The notes below the pieces were generated by a model. The model had not been told where the DNA came from and did no database searches. It saw nothing but the letters and a program-made list of their open reading frames with translations. A DNA stretch of 59,631 nt, the filler included, from Trichosphaerium sp. ATCC 40318 (taxonomy: Eukaryota; Protista; Tubulinea): NCBI GenBank assembly GCA_038496445.1. It is 3 parts of 3 records of this genome, joined end to end, with 100 filler letters (N's around TTAATTAATTAA, not from the genome) between each part and the next. Parts side by side here need not be neighbours in the genome. Positions count along the whole stretch, not along the records: positions 19,916 to 37,586 come from JALMLS010000351.1; 2 more parts are not named here. The stretch is one strand, 5' to 3'. Made by a program: the position numbers and the translations under genes. Every line of letters begins with the position of its first letter. Within the stretch, counting starts at the first letter, position 1. Below are positions 23,268 to 35,940 of the stretch, one piece after another.

Positions 23268-25532
23268 ATGGATTTGGTCTATTTCTGCGTTGTATTCTTA
23301 ATTGTCACGTTTGTCGCTATGAATCATGGTAAAACAGGTACGAGTAGTACAAGCCCTTTATGATTAACAATAATTTTGTTTTAGTCATAACTTCAAGTGA
23401 ACACGTTTGTGGCAATAATCTTGGTTGTTATCTGCTAGAAGATCCTACAGAGCTTATTCTCAATTCAACAAACTTGTTTTTAGGTAACCAAACAATACTT
23501 GAGGTTTACAAAAGCGTTGACATTTATGGTAAGTTGGTGGTTCTCAGTCAGTTGCAACTAAGTGCGTTTAGGATTGTATAATGTAAATGTCTCTTGCTAC
23601 AGAACAGCGCTATTTTACCCACAACACATCAACAATATCAGTATCTCGATGTCGGGATTTACAATTCGAGATTGCTTTGTCAGACTTAGCTATTATGCGA
23701 ATGTTACCATGACGTACTTGGAGCAAGGCAACCCTAAAAGCAATATTAATACTCACTTTAGAAACATGACATTTACTGGACATCAAGCAGGCTTATATGT
23801 TGATAGTTGGTTCAATGCCTCTGTGACTCTAAAAAATGTGGCATTTAGAGATATTGTTCTCGAATCATTTCTTGATGTGGTGTATATTCGTGCTATTACA
23901 GAAACAGCTAGAGTGTATTTGCAAGATTGTGTTTTTTCACAGATTACTCACACATACACATCGTTTCAGAGTACACGCAAAGACCAATTATGTTTGTCCA
24001 TAACGCCACATAGGGTTTATTTTTATTCGTGGGGTGACAAGCGTACACAAGCAATTTATTTTGAATCTCGTATAACTGATTTAATTAGGTTGTAATTGAT
24101 TCTTGTTTGATTGAGGACAATAATATTATTGATTCTCCACTTTTAGACATAATTTCAGATGAAGTTGAAATATCAAACTCTAGTTTTGTGAGAAATAAAG
24201 TGAGCATACCATCTACTGAAAGATGCACAGGTACCATCTTAATTTCAGTTATGAGTACTAACCGTCTTTGGAATAGGTTATGTGGATGTGAATCGTGATA
24301 CTAGGTTGCTCATAGATTCTTGTGTGTTTGAGAATAATACTTGCATGTATGCTGTCGAAGTATTTTATCGTTCTTACACTTGTTTAGAACAAACACATCA
24401 GCCACTGTAGCTCCTGTATTGGCTGGTTCTGATGTCAACATTACAATAAGGTCAAAAATATTCTATTTACTGGTGAAGTGCTTACCCTTATGTAGAAATA
24501 CAAGATTTGCTCATGACAATAACGGTAATCATAAGTATTAAATAGTTTTAATCCCAAGTAGAACCAAATACAATATTTTCCTGTACCGCGATACCAAATA
24601 ACTTCACTTGCAAATGTTACAGTAGTACATTCTTTGGAGGTGTAACACAACTGGTACCACTACTCATACTCAACTTAACACTAACTGACAGTATTTACTA
24701 GCTACATGCAACAACGAACAGTACTGCGGTAAGACTTTTACAACGAACAATCATGGAAAAAGACTTAACCTTTTTTATTCTTACATTTTAATTTCTAGTA
24801 ATTCCAACAGTTGAGCCAACGGCGCCACCAACAATCGCACCTACATCCGGAAATCTGCCAAATGAAATTGTGTTATCTGGTCCTTTGATAATAGATGGAG
24901 ATTTGATCCACTCAGGAACAGCTACAATTACTCCAGGAGGCTTTCTTGAAGTTCAAGGTAACACGCGATTCAGTTTTTGATATTTTATGTTATTGAGTCA
25001 TCCTTGATCTCATTAAGTGTAGGATCTATTGTGATACCACCAAACGCGACATTCATCATTAATTTCAGTGGTTTCAATGATACAATAATTGATGAAACGA
25101 GAATAGAAGTAATGAGAAGTAACAATGGCACAATAACTGGTAATGTCACACTTGTTCCGCCCCCACAAAAGACGTGTTTAAGTGCAATGCTAGATAGGAC
25201 ACTTTCATCGTATGTCTCTATGTCTACTTTTGAGTCATCTAAATGACCCTGATTTTGATTTAAGGATATTTGTAATTGCATCAAGACCTGACAGTTGTGG
25301 TAACAGAACAGAAACAGTGAACGTTGGCATGGTGCTTGGTATTACTTTTGGTGTTCTTGTATTGGTATGTTGTATTTTGTTTTTAGCGTGTTCACAATTT
25401 TTGACTTGGCACTAGGTGGTTATTGGTCTTATTGCCATCTTCTTTGTTCCAAAGTTGAGACATGCAATTGTGCCATACTCATTACGTAAAAACACACTAA
25501 AAGTTACTTCTACTGAAAGTTCAAACGCCTGA
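23268..25532 (+). CDS. Single-pass cell-surface protein with a probable beta-helix-like ectodomain and P/T-rich linker
   Basis: Signal peptide, IxNSxFxxN-type repeats, PTVEPTAPPTIAPT linker, C-terminal TM segment GMVLGITFGVLVLVVIGLIAIFF. Paralogous to 55359-58119. Confidence 0.7.
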
Positions 25533-26140
25533 AATAATTCTATATTCATTCATTAATTGTAATAAACAATACAATTTAAGGCTCTTTGTTCATATTTAAA
25601 CTTCCATTTTATAGTTTAGTTGTAAAGAGCATCTATATGCACCTATGTTCACAAACCATCTCGAAAATCAGGCTTAGCATTAACACAAACTAGCGGTATT
25701 TCAGGTCAAACCTTGAACGAGAACAAGATTACTTTTTTTCTAATGTTATCTTGTGGCTACAAAATTACTAACTGTTTCTCCGAGTATTGGCCAGCATACC
25801 CAAATATTTACTGTTTGACATTGCAAAGCTTTTGTGGTTGGGCTGACCCAAAAAATTCCGTATTTGATAAGCTGCAAGCATAATCGTTTCAATAATAACG
25901 GAGTTACTTCAATAAGCCTGTTATATTCAGCTTTGAGTTTGAAACACGTGCTACTATCGTAGCATTCTCCTTGCTGTTGGTTATATTAAGGATAACCATT
26001 GTGCTCAGTATCAGAGTTATTAAGACTGACACTTTCAAGTAAGGACATTCAGAGAAAGGATTTTAACCCAAAACACAAAAGCCCTTTATCCAAAATAGAC
26101 TCAAATCAAAGAAATTTCGACCATTACTAATTGGCGCATT

Positions 26141-26831
26141 ATGTCACTTGATCACGACAGTCTGATATTAGTTTTCAGCTATATTGAACCAAAATACCTT
26201 AAAATCGCTTCGATTGTCAATAAACATTGGAATACAGTGGCTACAAGCAATGATATGTGTAAAGTATTAAAATTATGGCCTATTATGCTAAACAAGAGGA
26301 TAAAGAGTTGGTTTCGCGCTTATGTGCACTATGCTTCTATGTTCTGTCATAAAAATAGCTCCGATGCAATTCACTTTCGAACGACAAGAGACATTGTAGT
26401 AAAAGATAGATTATCGTCAAGCAAACCAACAGAAACTTTCCACATAACTCTTCAACTTGACGGAACGTTTGAGTATGAAACATACACGGGAATGTACTGC
26501 CGTCGTTCTACAAGAGGTACGGACAATATCACGTGTTTGTCAATGACGTAAATTGATCAACAAACACAAAATAGGCACGTGGAGATTGTCAAAGAAAAAG
26601 AAGAAATGGGTTGTACGAACACATGAAAATAAAACAAAACAGGACGAGATATATTTCAAAGACAAAGGTCCCTGCCAAACTGAGACGAAAAAAGATCCTT
26701 CTAGAAAATGTGATAAGCACGTGATATATACAGCTGTGATAGATACCGAGAATGGAACTGTTAAAGGGTTGATAGTACCTTTAAAAAAGAAAGATAAAAA
26801 CAAAGTTGTAATGAATGCAAGTCGCTACTGA
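26141..26831 (+). CDS. F-box protein (one intron at about 26517-26574)
   Basis: SLDHDSLILVFSYI...ASIVNKHWNTVA F-box. A GTACG...AG intron joins the two ORFs as STRGTWRL. Confidence 0.7.
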
Positions 26832-26878
26832 CAAGTTTAATAAATAAAACCTAAGTCCACACGTCCACTTCCAAGTGT

Positions 26879-27095
26879 TTTTGCTAACGGCACATGTTGC
26901 CAAGACCATTTACATTGTTGTCCTCTTGGATTCTAATGTACAATTGGCCCTAATAGGTGCATACCTTACTCAGGAGTATTAAGCCACGCTGCGGGTGCAA
27001 ACATTATTGCTTCTGGTCCTACCATTGTACAGCATACCCATAAGTAAATTCTAAAGTTACGAACAGAGAATAAAGTTTGTGTTTACGAAGACGTG
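26879..27095 (+). pseudogene. Truncated duplicate of the progranulin-like gene 3' end
   Basis: Highly similar to about 20960-21192, with an in-frame TAA and no 5' part. Another fragment lies at about 31055-31101. Confidence 0.75.
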
Positions 27096-28771
27096 CATTG
27101 CGCTGTAGATAGCCAATTTTATAATTCAACCAACAAGACTCTATCATTCTATCGTTACTCATAACCAAAATCATTTCCATGGCTCATAATTTATAAATGG
27201 ATGCTATCAAGTGAATTACGTATTTGGTGCTTGCCACAATGTACTGAATGCTTAGCGATGAACAAATACAGCAAAAAAATGTGATTGTAGGTTCATCTGT
27301 TGTCGATAATCCGGCTCAATTCCTAACACCTACTTTCTAACCGTTATTTTATGCGCTTGGATGTTATCGTTCCCAACGTGTTAAAAAGGGTTTAAACGTA
27401 TTGTCAGGTAACGCGCGTTAATAAACAAGAAAAAAACGTCTGGTCCGATTTAAATTATTTGTTTTCGTTTCTATTGCACATCCAACACCCTGACACGCTG
27501 TGTCATGCATTTACTTACATGTACAATGGCCTAGTTGAACCTTTTTATAACTTACTATCGACGACAAGATTTCTTTACACTAGTAGTAGTATAAAACATG
27601 AAACGACACTCATAAACCTGAAAAGGAAAGAAAAACCAGTTCGTTTCACAATTTCGTATCGTCGTTTTCTACTTTTCTTGGTCCAAGTCACCCCTGTTCT
27701 TTGCGAGCAAGTTCAGGAACGTATGAAACGTTCTTTAATAGTAGTGTAAAGCAGTGGCAACTAAATTGAATTTAATACAACAAAGGAAGCGGGAAATGCA
27801 AGTACTCGTTTAGAAGCACATGTCGCGATCCAAAACATCCCCAAAACGGTTCTCACGCCCGCAAATAACAACCACAAGGGTTTATAAGCGTTTGTAAATG
27901 TGCATTATCCATAATTGAGTAATTAAAATGGATATTTCAGTGAAGTGTATCCCACAATTTATTTCGATTGCTTTTTTAAGGGTTTATAAACAAATTTGGC
28001 AACATTTATAGACATAATAAAAAACGTATTATGTATATGTTTGGTATAGTTCCAGTACTCTCCTTAGAGCAATCTTTCAACCTCTTCCTCTTCAGTGTAC
28101 AACTGATATTAAGTCTTCTCTACCGCTTACTCCAGGCAATTGATCAGGGTTTAATGTCATTTGATGACTTAATGAAGAGAGCGTCAGGTGTGCTTCTAAG
28201 CCAGCTGATAGTCTTCTTAGAATCCTTGGAGACTGCAGCGCCCGCGACTCACAAGAAAAATCCCAATATATACGCAAAAAGGAAGGCTCTTAGAAAGAGA
28301 CTACGCTTGGAAGGCAAGCTAGCTCCGCCAAAGAAACCGTCCTTGTACCAAGTCAGACGTCGTAGCAAGCACCACACGCTGCGTCGCCAGATCTGGTATC
28401 GTTCATTGTGGATGATTTGAGTGATCATTCGATTAGTGTAGCGTACTAGTCTGAGTGGAAGAAACGGTAAAGCCGCGTCTTTTTTGCATTTTTTACCTAT
28501 ATTTAAATTACCCACTACTAGCCATTCATCAAGAAAAAATGTTGTTGGTTGATTGTTGCTAATACGTAGCAGTCACGTGACGACGGATTTATTATATTGT
28601 TATTCCAAAACATTCAGAAGTAGCCAAGTGATGGCCAGGCAGTTGTTAGGCTGTTACCACGAGTCAGGGTTCTATTCGGTGATTAATGTAAATACAGAGT
28701 GCGACTTATTTCTTCAGTTTAGTAGAATTAGAAACACCCAACCACTTTTTTCTTTGTCAGAAACATTCTTT

Positions 28772-31032
28772 TGTAAGAGGGTAAGGTAGTCAAGAGTAGT
28801 GGTTGAGCTGTTGTATAGTATTTATTATATCTTAAGTGTCACGAATACATTAAGTGTAAGTTGATTGATTTAGTCAACTTTCCGCCTTACAAGAACTCCC
28901 TCATCCTTTAGAATGACGCCCACGTCATTATCCAGTTCTTTATCCTCTGACTTGCTGCATGGAAACCTTTATAACCATAGTAACCAGAATTTAACTGGAG
29001 GCAAATTCTGTAACAATCAGGGATCTCCAACTGATAATACAAATGTATTATTGAGCCTTTCTATAGTATCTACCAATCTGACGTCTTTAATACTTCTACT
29101 TTTGCTTTAATTCAGTTGTGTGATTCCGTCCTATGATGTTTCCTTTCCAGTACATCTTCAAAGCATTTTTCTTCTTCCATCTTTGTCATATTATCTTCCC
29201 AATCTCTGCTGAAGCTGTTTCCTAATTGTCATTATTGATTCATTTCATAGAAGGTACTCCCCCTTTTTTAATTCATGTCCTTGTTGTTCTTTTTCTTCAC
29301 AATTATTGGCTTTGCTCCTGAATAATATGATCTCAATCCATGTTAAACGTCACCATTCCTCGTGAAATCATTCCATGTTAAGGAAGCTACATCTTTAAGG
29401 CTCATCAGCATGCACTCAACTGGTGCTATTATATCTTATGATCGTGTTATCTCCCAATGTACTTTGTACATTCTCTTTAAAAGGCTCTATGGCCTACGCT
29501 CATTGGCGCTAGCTTATCCTTTTGATAGCTATATTTGGAAATTTAAATCCTCTGCCTTATTTGCACATGTATTATAATAATAACCTCTGGCCAGAGGGAG
29601 GACAATGTCCAAGTACCGGATTTATGTGGCATTCTTTCAGCCAATGGCGTTCTTTCAGCCAGTTTTATGTGGCATTCTTTCAGCCAATGGCGTTCTTTCA
29701 GCCATTAAATGGTGCAAAACCATAATTCTACCAAGGCCTTGGATTTACGTTGGATGCAGTATTATGAAGTATGCAACTATGCTTCTTCCATCCATTGTGT
29801 AGTATTGTAGCTTTGCTTGCTACATATAGACATACTTTAATGGTAGTGTAGTGATTGTCATCGGATATAATCATTTTAAACCAAGATAGTTGACCACATT
29901 GTAGTTTTATAAATTACTATATGTATCCCACTGCCTTTTGCCATGTATTTCACTAGCTAAATGAAATTCAGGTTCGCATAGGTGATGATAGTAATTTCTT
30001 TAACTTCCAATGCCTATGCATCCTATCTTATGCTTAATAGATCAACCGGATAACCCATTGTGAAATCTTCGTGAATCTGTAGTAGCTAATTGTCCAGTGG
30101 CATGAGTAGTGGGTGTGGTTCATCAACGTATGTGATGAAATTTGTATCAGCTTAAATACCCTGATCAACAGAAGCAGCATGATCAAAGGACTCCACTACC
30201 TGCTTAAAAGCGCAGTCTGTCGAGGCTTTAAGCATATAAAATATACTCTTCCAGGCGGTCAATAATGAGTTTTAGGTACACAAGTGCCCTAACATGCTCT
30301 GACAGAACATTACGACATTGCAGGACGGACAAGGGCACGTCTGCCCTATTAGACTGGCAATCATCAAGTTCATTTACCTTTGGAACGTAGACTGCGCAAT
30401 TTCATACCATAGGACATATCAGCTACTCCACAAGCTGCATGCATTGTGGCCATCATCAAATATCACGTTTATAATAAACAAGCCACGTGTGAACTCGAAA
30501 AGCTTCGATATAGATCAACTGAGTAAGATATTGCTGCAGTGTTTTCTGAATTTAAAGTCATCTTTGAAAAGTCGTCTATGTTCTTCGCTGTTGATTGATT
30601 GTTTTTCACAAACTGGTCAAGAACAAGATGTGGATAAGTTGCATATACTATTATCTTTGAACTGACGTTCTTAATGCTTCCGTTCTATCAAACGTTGTAT
30701 CATTTACCATCATCCTCTACTATAGCCGCTTTTGAGGCTTTGCCAGTATAAACAGACAAGCAATGACGTGGCATCTTGATACATTAATATCGTTTACCAG
30801 TGCCCTCAGTATGTGTAGTCAAAGATGTGATTGAATTAGAATTCCCGTCTTGTTTAACGCACCGTTGTTCCTCCCTGTCTTTCAGATTCAAAGACTGCTG
30901 CGTGTCGCCAAATGTAAGAGGGTAAGGTAGTCAAGAGTAGTGGTTGAGCTGTTGTATAGTATTTATTATATCTTAAGTGTCACGAATACATTAAGTGTAA
31001 GTTGATTGATTTAGTCAACTTTCCGCCTTACA
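28772..31032 (-). mobile_element. Short non-autonomous LTR retrotransposon with decayed gypsy-like pol remnants
   Basis: Identical 120-bp LTRs (28772-28891, 30913-31032; TGTAAG...CTTACA) and a 4-bp CTTT TSD. Minus-strand PBS TGGCGACAC next to one LTR and PPT AAAGGATGAGGGAG next to the other. Degenerate NRADxxLS (RNase H end) and IISD / LPLARGYYNT (integrase-like) remnants. Confidence 0.9.
29621..29705. repeat. Tandem duplication of about 43 bp inside the LTR element
   Basis: TTTATGTGGCATTCTTTCAGCCAATGGCGTTCTTTCAGCCA occurs twice. Confidence 0.85.
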
Positions 31033-31507
31033 CTTTCCGAAACGAGGATTTGACTTGTGATCCTGGTGTTATGTTGTACACTTCAAAACGGTCAACAAGG
31101 ACACTTCCAAATACTACAAAAAGAATAAACACGGTTACATGATCTATCTCATTGCTTTATACATCCTACCAAAGCGAATTAAGAGTATGTCGCGGTAAGA
31201 GGTACATATTAAATGAGTACACAAATGTATTGTGCGTTACATGCAGATCAAAAGATTGTACTGCAAAATGTATATAATGACGTGACATACAACAACACAA
31301 CAATAAAATGTCACAACAACACAACAACAAAGTGACACAACAACACAACAAGCTGACGGCAAAATGTACAAAGTACAATTGTAACAAAAATTAACACACA
31401 GCCATTAGAAATATGTACACATTGTGTCTAAACATGTGCAGTAAAAGCTCACAATGGTCTGAAAATCAGAAAGTGTGAAAATATTACTCCTGTGTCGTCA
31501 CAGACAT

Positions 31508-33187
31508 TAAAAACACTGCACAGTAGGCAAGACTTATTCGCAAATCCAGAAAATAACAAAATCTAATATTTATTTGTAGACAGCTTACATAGTATTTCTA
31601 ACTGAAAAATCACACACAGCTTGGTTACGATGACATACATAATAATAAATACAATCTTTTCTATTAAATATTTTACTAGCAGGCTGTTGGCAGTAGCAGA
31701 GTACACCTGATTTCTTCTTCTGAAAAACTCGTTATTGAAAAAAAAAAATTATCAAATTACGCACAATGCACTTGAGTAAATGCCCCACTAATGCTGCGTC
31801 CACAATTGTCTCATGTTCATTAGTGTACAAGTGAGTGTGAACAAGAGGTTCTGGTAACCCATACAATTGATGTGTGTTTGCGTAGTATTGTAGTGCTAGC
31901 TCATCATCAAGTTGTTCAAGCTCTTCTTCCTTTTTTTTCTTTCTTGATTGTTGCTCCATGCGCATTTGTGCAGCGTGAGCGTGCTAAACTAGTTAGTGAA
32001 GGCTTGTAACAATTACACTACCTTTTTTTGGCGTTTTATGCGGTTTTGGAATTGTTTAACATCCTAATTGCATTTAACAAGCAAAAAAAAACACGTGATT
32101 GTTTGGTCTACAAAATTAAGCACGAAAATTGTGATAACGTTTACCTCCTCACACTTGCTAGTAAATTTGCGTTTGGAACGCTATATAATCATTAAAATTA
32201 CTGTACGTTTGGTAAAACTTACTGTTCGGACAGCGATGACATTATTGATGTCGTCTACGTCCTACTCGTATTAGTACTAACTATTAAACCAAAAAAAACC
32301 ACGTGGTACGTTTTTTCTTCCCAAAATGTAGCCTTTTCCGCTGAACTAATCAAATTAGCATTATCTTTGTGTGCGGTGTACCTTTGAGGATAGGAGTGCA
32401 GCCTAAAATTACATGTGAGTGAAAACTACCAAAACGCATAAACTCAAACGTACGTCTTTTTTTTCTGGCTTGTCTGGTGTGTGGATTGATTTTTCTTGTT
32501 CAAGGTTTGAAAACAAGTTTGGAGAGTAAACTAATCAGCGTTACACCCATCTTGAAAATTACATACTTGCTTGTTTGACCTCACGTTCAGGTGTAGACAA
32601 AAGGTAATTGTATTCCGCTAACTCCTCTAAAGTGAAATTAAAACGCAGGTAGGTTACACAAAGACATACTAGGTGGACTGTTTTTCCACTGTTTTTGTGA
32701 TGCCAAGTTTTTTAATTCTTCCAGCGCACTATTATATTGCTCCATTTGCTTCAAACGTGCTTGAATGTTGCTAGAACCCAGGGACGCTCTGATTTTTGCT
32801 TCATCCACCTGACGTTTACTTTTAATGCTATTTTGTAGCTTCGTAGCCTATAACATTGAGATGCAAACAAAAAACTCTCTTGTACCAGCTGCTTCAACTG
32901 AATGTTGGTCCTCAGGTCTTTACCATGGCCGTCTGTGTGAGGAATGTTATTTCAAATGTAGCACAAATAAACGTACAGCGGCTTTGTTTACACCACGTTT
33001 TGCTTAGGCAAATTACATCTTCATTATTTACTTGAGGACACCTGTGTTGTCTACCATTCCGTTTGAACCTCATATCACTCTTAACAAGATGACAAATGGT
33101 ACATATATGGCCTCTATTATTGCGCAATGGTATAGGATCAACTGGATAACCTGCTGGTCTAGGTGGATCAGGAGGTACGTGTGTCAT
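31508..33187 (-). CDS. Second, divergently oriented multi-exon gene inside the transposon; function unknown; 3' boundary uncertain
   Basis: Exon-like frames between GT/AG sites: N-terminal CTIC...HRC, helical DEAKIRASLGSSNIQARLKQMEQYNSALEELK, and RKKKKEEELEQLDDEL. Confidence 0.45.
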
Positions 33188-33233
33188 TGTTTAATAAACT
33201 AAATGTATTTATTTTTCCATCACAAAATCACAT

Positions 33234-34397
33234 ATGGCAACAGAAAAAGCTAATTATATGTTAGGTTTGGCTGCCGCAGTAGGTGGTCAAAGCTTTGCTA
33301 GAAAGCTTTTTGGAGCATCTGCTGGAAAGACAAAATACTGGCTCACAAAATTTGTAGATCCCACCTTTCATAGCAACAAAAATGGGGGGCTTCGCACAAC
33401 AAAGTTTACTCCAGGTAGATTTTTTTTTTGAGTTTAGTTAATTGTCGTTTAGAGCAAGAAAAAAATGTGTGGGATGTTGTACTTTTTTTACACAGTGTGG
33501 ACCCCCAACTGACGTTGATTGAGTATGCCACGGTAATCAACGAATTAATTGTGCCATATAAAATCTCTAGAGCATGGATATCACGGAGATTTATTGCTAT
33601 GGGGTGGACTTGGAAAGTATGAACATATAAATTTTTTGATATTTTTTTATTTATTTTTTTGCAGGTTGTGGAGCACAAGCAAATTCAAAAATACACTCCA
33701 GAAAATATGTTACACTATAACAGGTTTCTTTCTTTTGTATTGTCAGTGTCTCCATCACAGTTAAAGTTTGCAGACGAGACACACTTTGTTTCTAAAAGTT
33801 TGTATTTTTTTTTTTAATTTTTTTTTTTCACTTTTTTTTTAGGCAACTATCGAAAATATGGCCGAGGCCCTTGTGGCCATAAAGTAGTAGTTATTAATGA
33901 ACCTATTCTAAGTAAGTCCGCTAACCTAACTATATTGACGTCACTTACTGCAGATGTACGTTTTTATCCCAACAATCGTTTTTTCTCAAATTTCTATTAA
34001 AAAAATTATATAGGTTCCAGTGCTTGGTATGTATCATAAACAGAAGAACACACAGCATGATTGGGCGTCTTTTGTTTACTATGCACTAAAAAATGATTAT
34101 TTGGTGGCCGGAGATATTTTGGTATGTGATAATGCCCCTATTCACTGTGCCGACAAAGTACTAGTACTAGTAACAGAGGCTTGTGAATCAAAAAATGTGA
34201 AATTATTATTACTACCAACTTATTCACCGGAGCTAAACCCTTGTGAACTTGTATTCGGAACAGTAAAAAATCACATCCGTTATTACAGAGGAAAAGAGCC
34301 TTTAGATGTAGAAGTAATGATGGCATTGTCAAGAATTTCAAAAACAAAACTTAAAAACTTTTATAAAAAATGTCGTGGTGGTGTAGAGCTTGAATAA
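33234..34397 (+). CDS. IS630/Tc1-family DDE transposase (DD38E spacing by my count), 4 introns
   Basis: FADETHF, LVCDNAPIH and LPTYSPELNPCELVF motifs. The spliced frame appears intact. Confidence 0.9.
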
Positions 34398-34724
34398 ATT
34401 TTGGCCTGTACTTATTAAAGTAACTTCATTAAACAGCAAACTTGTTCTTTTTATTGAGTACTATTAATAGATCTTGCCATACTGTGCACTTGTCTACTGT
34501 ACATTTTGCCGTCAGCTTGTTGTGTTGTTGTGTCACTTTGTTGTTGTGTTGTTGTGACATTTTATTGTTGTGTTGTTGTATGTCACGTCATTATGTACAT
34601 TTTGCAGTACAATCTTTTGATCTGCATGTAACGCACAATAGTTATTTCACAAGACAAATGTAATTAAGTACACAATCCTCAACAAACTGAAAAAAAACAA
34701 CATAAACAAATCAAACTCATCCCA

Positions 34725-35126
34725 ATGAACGCAACACTACTCTTCCTTATTGTCTTTACTCTCTTTGTAACTTCTAATGCATGGCCTGTTTGCTACGTTG
34801 TACGCAATATTCAATTTACTTGTTTATTTCATCCACGTGGTGTTCAAAAAAGTTGATTTCAAGTTTTCAACCCTTGTCCTTCTTCTTTGCCCAAGGAATG
34901 TCGCGACTACTGCCAGGGTTTATACGAGAACTGTATTTCTACCGGAACCTTGCATGAAACTTGCCATAATAGTCAAGGAGGATGTGAGGAAAGATGTTGT
35001 AAGAGGCTATACATAAATCCATACGAGTGTTCACGATGTTGTTGGGAAGGAAATGTTGTAAATGCACACAACAACCGTGGTGCATATCAGTGCCACGTTA
35101 ATTGTGTCAGGATTTCCAGACAGTAG
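34725..35126 (+). CDS. Small secreted 12-cysteine peptide, copy 2
   Basis: Near-identical signal exon to copy 1. Mature region ECRDYCQGLYENCISTGTLHETCHNSQGGCEERCCKRLYINPYECSRCCWEGNVVNAHNNRGAYQCHVNCVRISRQ*. Confidence 0.75.
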
Positions 35127-35537
35127 TGTTATACGAGTGTTGTTTTAAGCGCCCCCAAATAATTCAAAAGGTATTTGATCTTGTATGACTACTGTTTTTA
35201 CCAAGTCCTCATTCAGTTAGCTAGTCCATCATATGTACTCAAGTATACATGACAATATCATTCACATTGTTTACAATGCTTATTGATTAGTACCGCAGAC
35301 GCTTTGGTGGATGACACAAAATATAGCAAAGCAACAGATCAAAAAAAAAAGATGAGAACAGAAGGCGTAATATAAGCCGTGGTAGATGAGGAGGTTTGTT
35401 GCTGTACCGGTCACACGGGGTATTCGAAAAGAACTCTAAGGCTTTTTGAACTGGCCAAAATAGATTCAAAAAATAGCATGTAGCTATTTTTAACTTTCCA
35501 AACCCTACGGAGTATGGCAAAACTACATATTTTTAAA

Positions 35538-35940
35538 GTAGTTATTTCACAAGTCAAACGTAGTTAGTACACAATCCTTCACGGACTGAAAAAAAACATA
35601 AACAAATCAAACTCCTCGGATGACGCAATTCTACTTTCCCTCATTGTCTTCATTGTATCCGTATCAACGAATGGTAAACCAAACCCATAAAAAAACTCGT
35701 GTCACGTCGTTGTGTACAAATAAAATAAGCCTTTAGATTTAAAAAATTGTTTCTCTCAAGTGTTGTGACTATATGATCGTTATAAATCATACTGAAGAAC
35801 CGTTTTGTAGTTGGCAACGAGAATATTTCGAAACGGATGATGCCAAGCCACTACATACGTTTCTATCAGGGCATTCGATGTTGCAAAAAAAGTGTGACTG
35901 TGAACAAAGCAAGATGTCCTCGAGTTTGTGCTGAAGATAG
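35538..35940 (+). pseudogene. Degenerate third member of the secreted peptide family
   Basis: Shares the upstream block TAGTTATTTCACAAG...AAACAAATCAAACTC and a frameshifted signal exon. The downstream region is diverged. Confidence 0.45.

Larger units (their letters stand above)
31230..34638 (+). mobile_element. IS630/Tc1-mariner-like transposon, 3.4 kb, with 141-bp TIRs and a TA TSD
   Basis: TIRs at 31230-31370 and 34498-34638 are nearly identical and CAA-rich. TA at 31228-31229 and 34639-34640. The paralogous empty site ACAAATG-TA-GTTATTTCAC at about 21845-21863 confirms the ends. Confidence 0.92.

Noticed and set aside
24343-24388. Possible GCATGT GC donors here and near 56315
   Set aside because: Adjacent GT donors give the correct phase.
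28031-28515. Overlapping basic ORFs on both strands
   Set aside because: No recognisable motif or consistent splice model.
31290-31350. CRISPR-like or repeat-array reading of the CAACAACACAAC and 29621-29705 repeats
   Set aside because: No unique spacers, no cas genes, and a eukaryotic context.
31166-31387. Cys/Leu-rich ORFs (also 34442-34663)
   Set aside because: They are translations of the CAA-rich TIRs.
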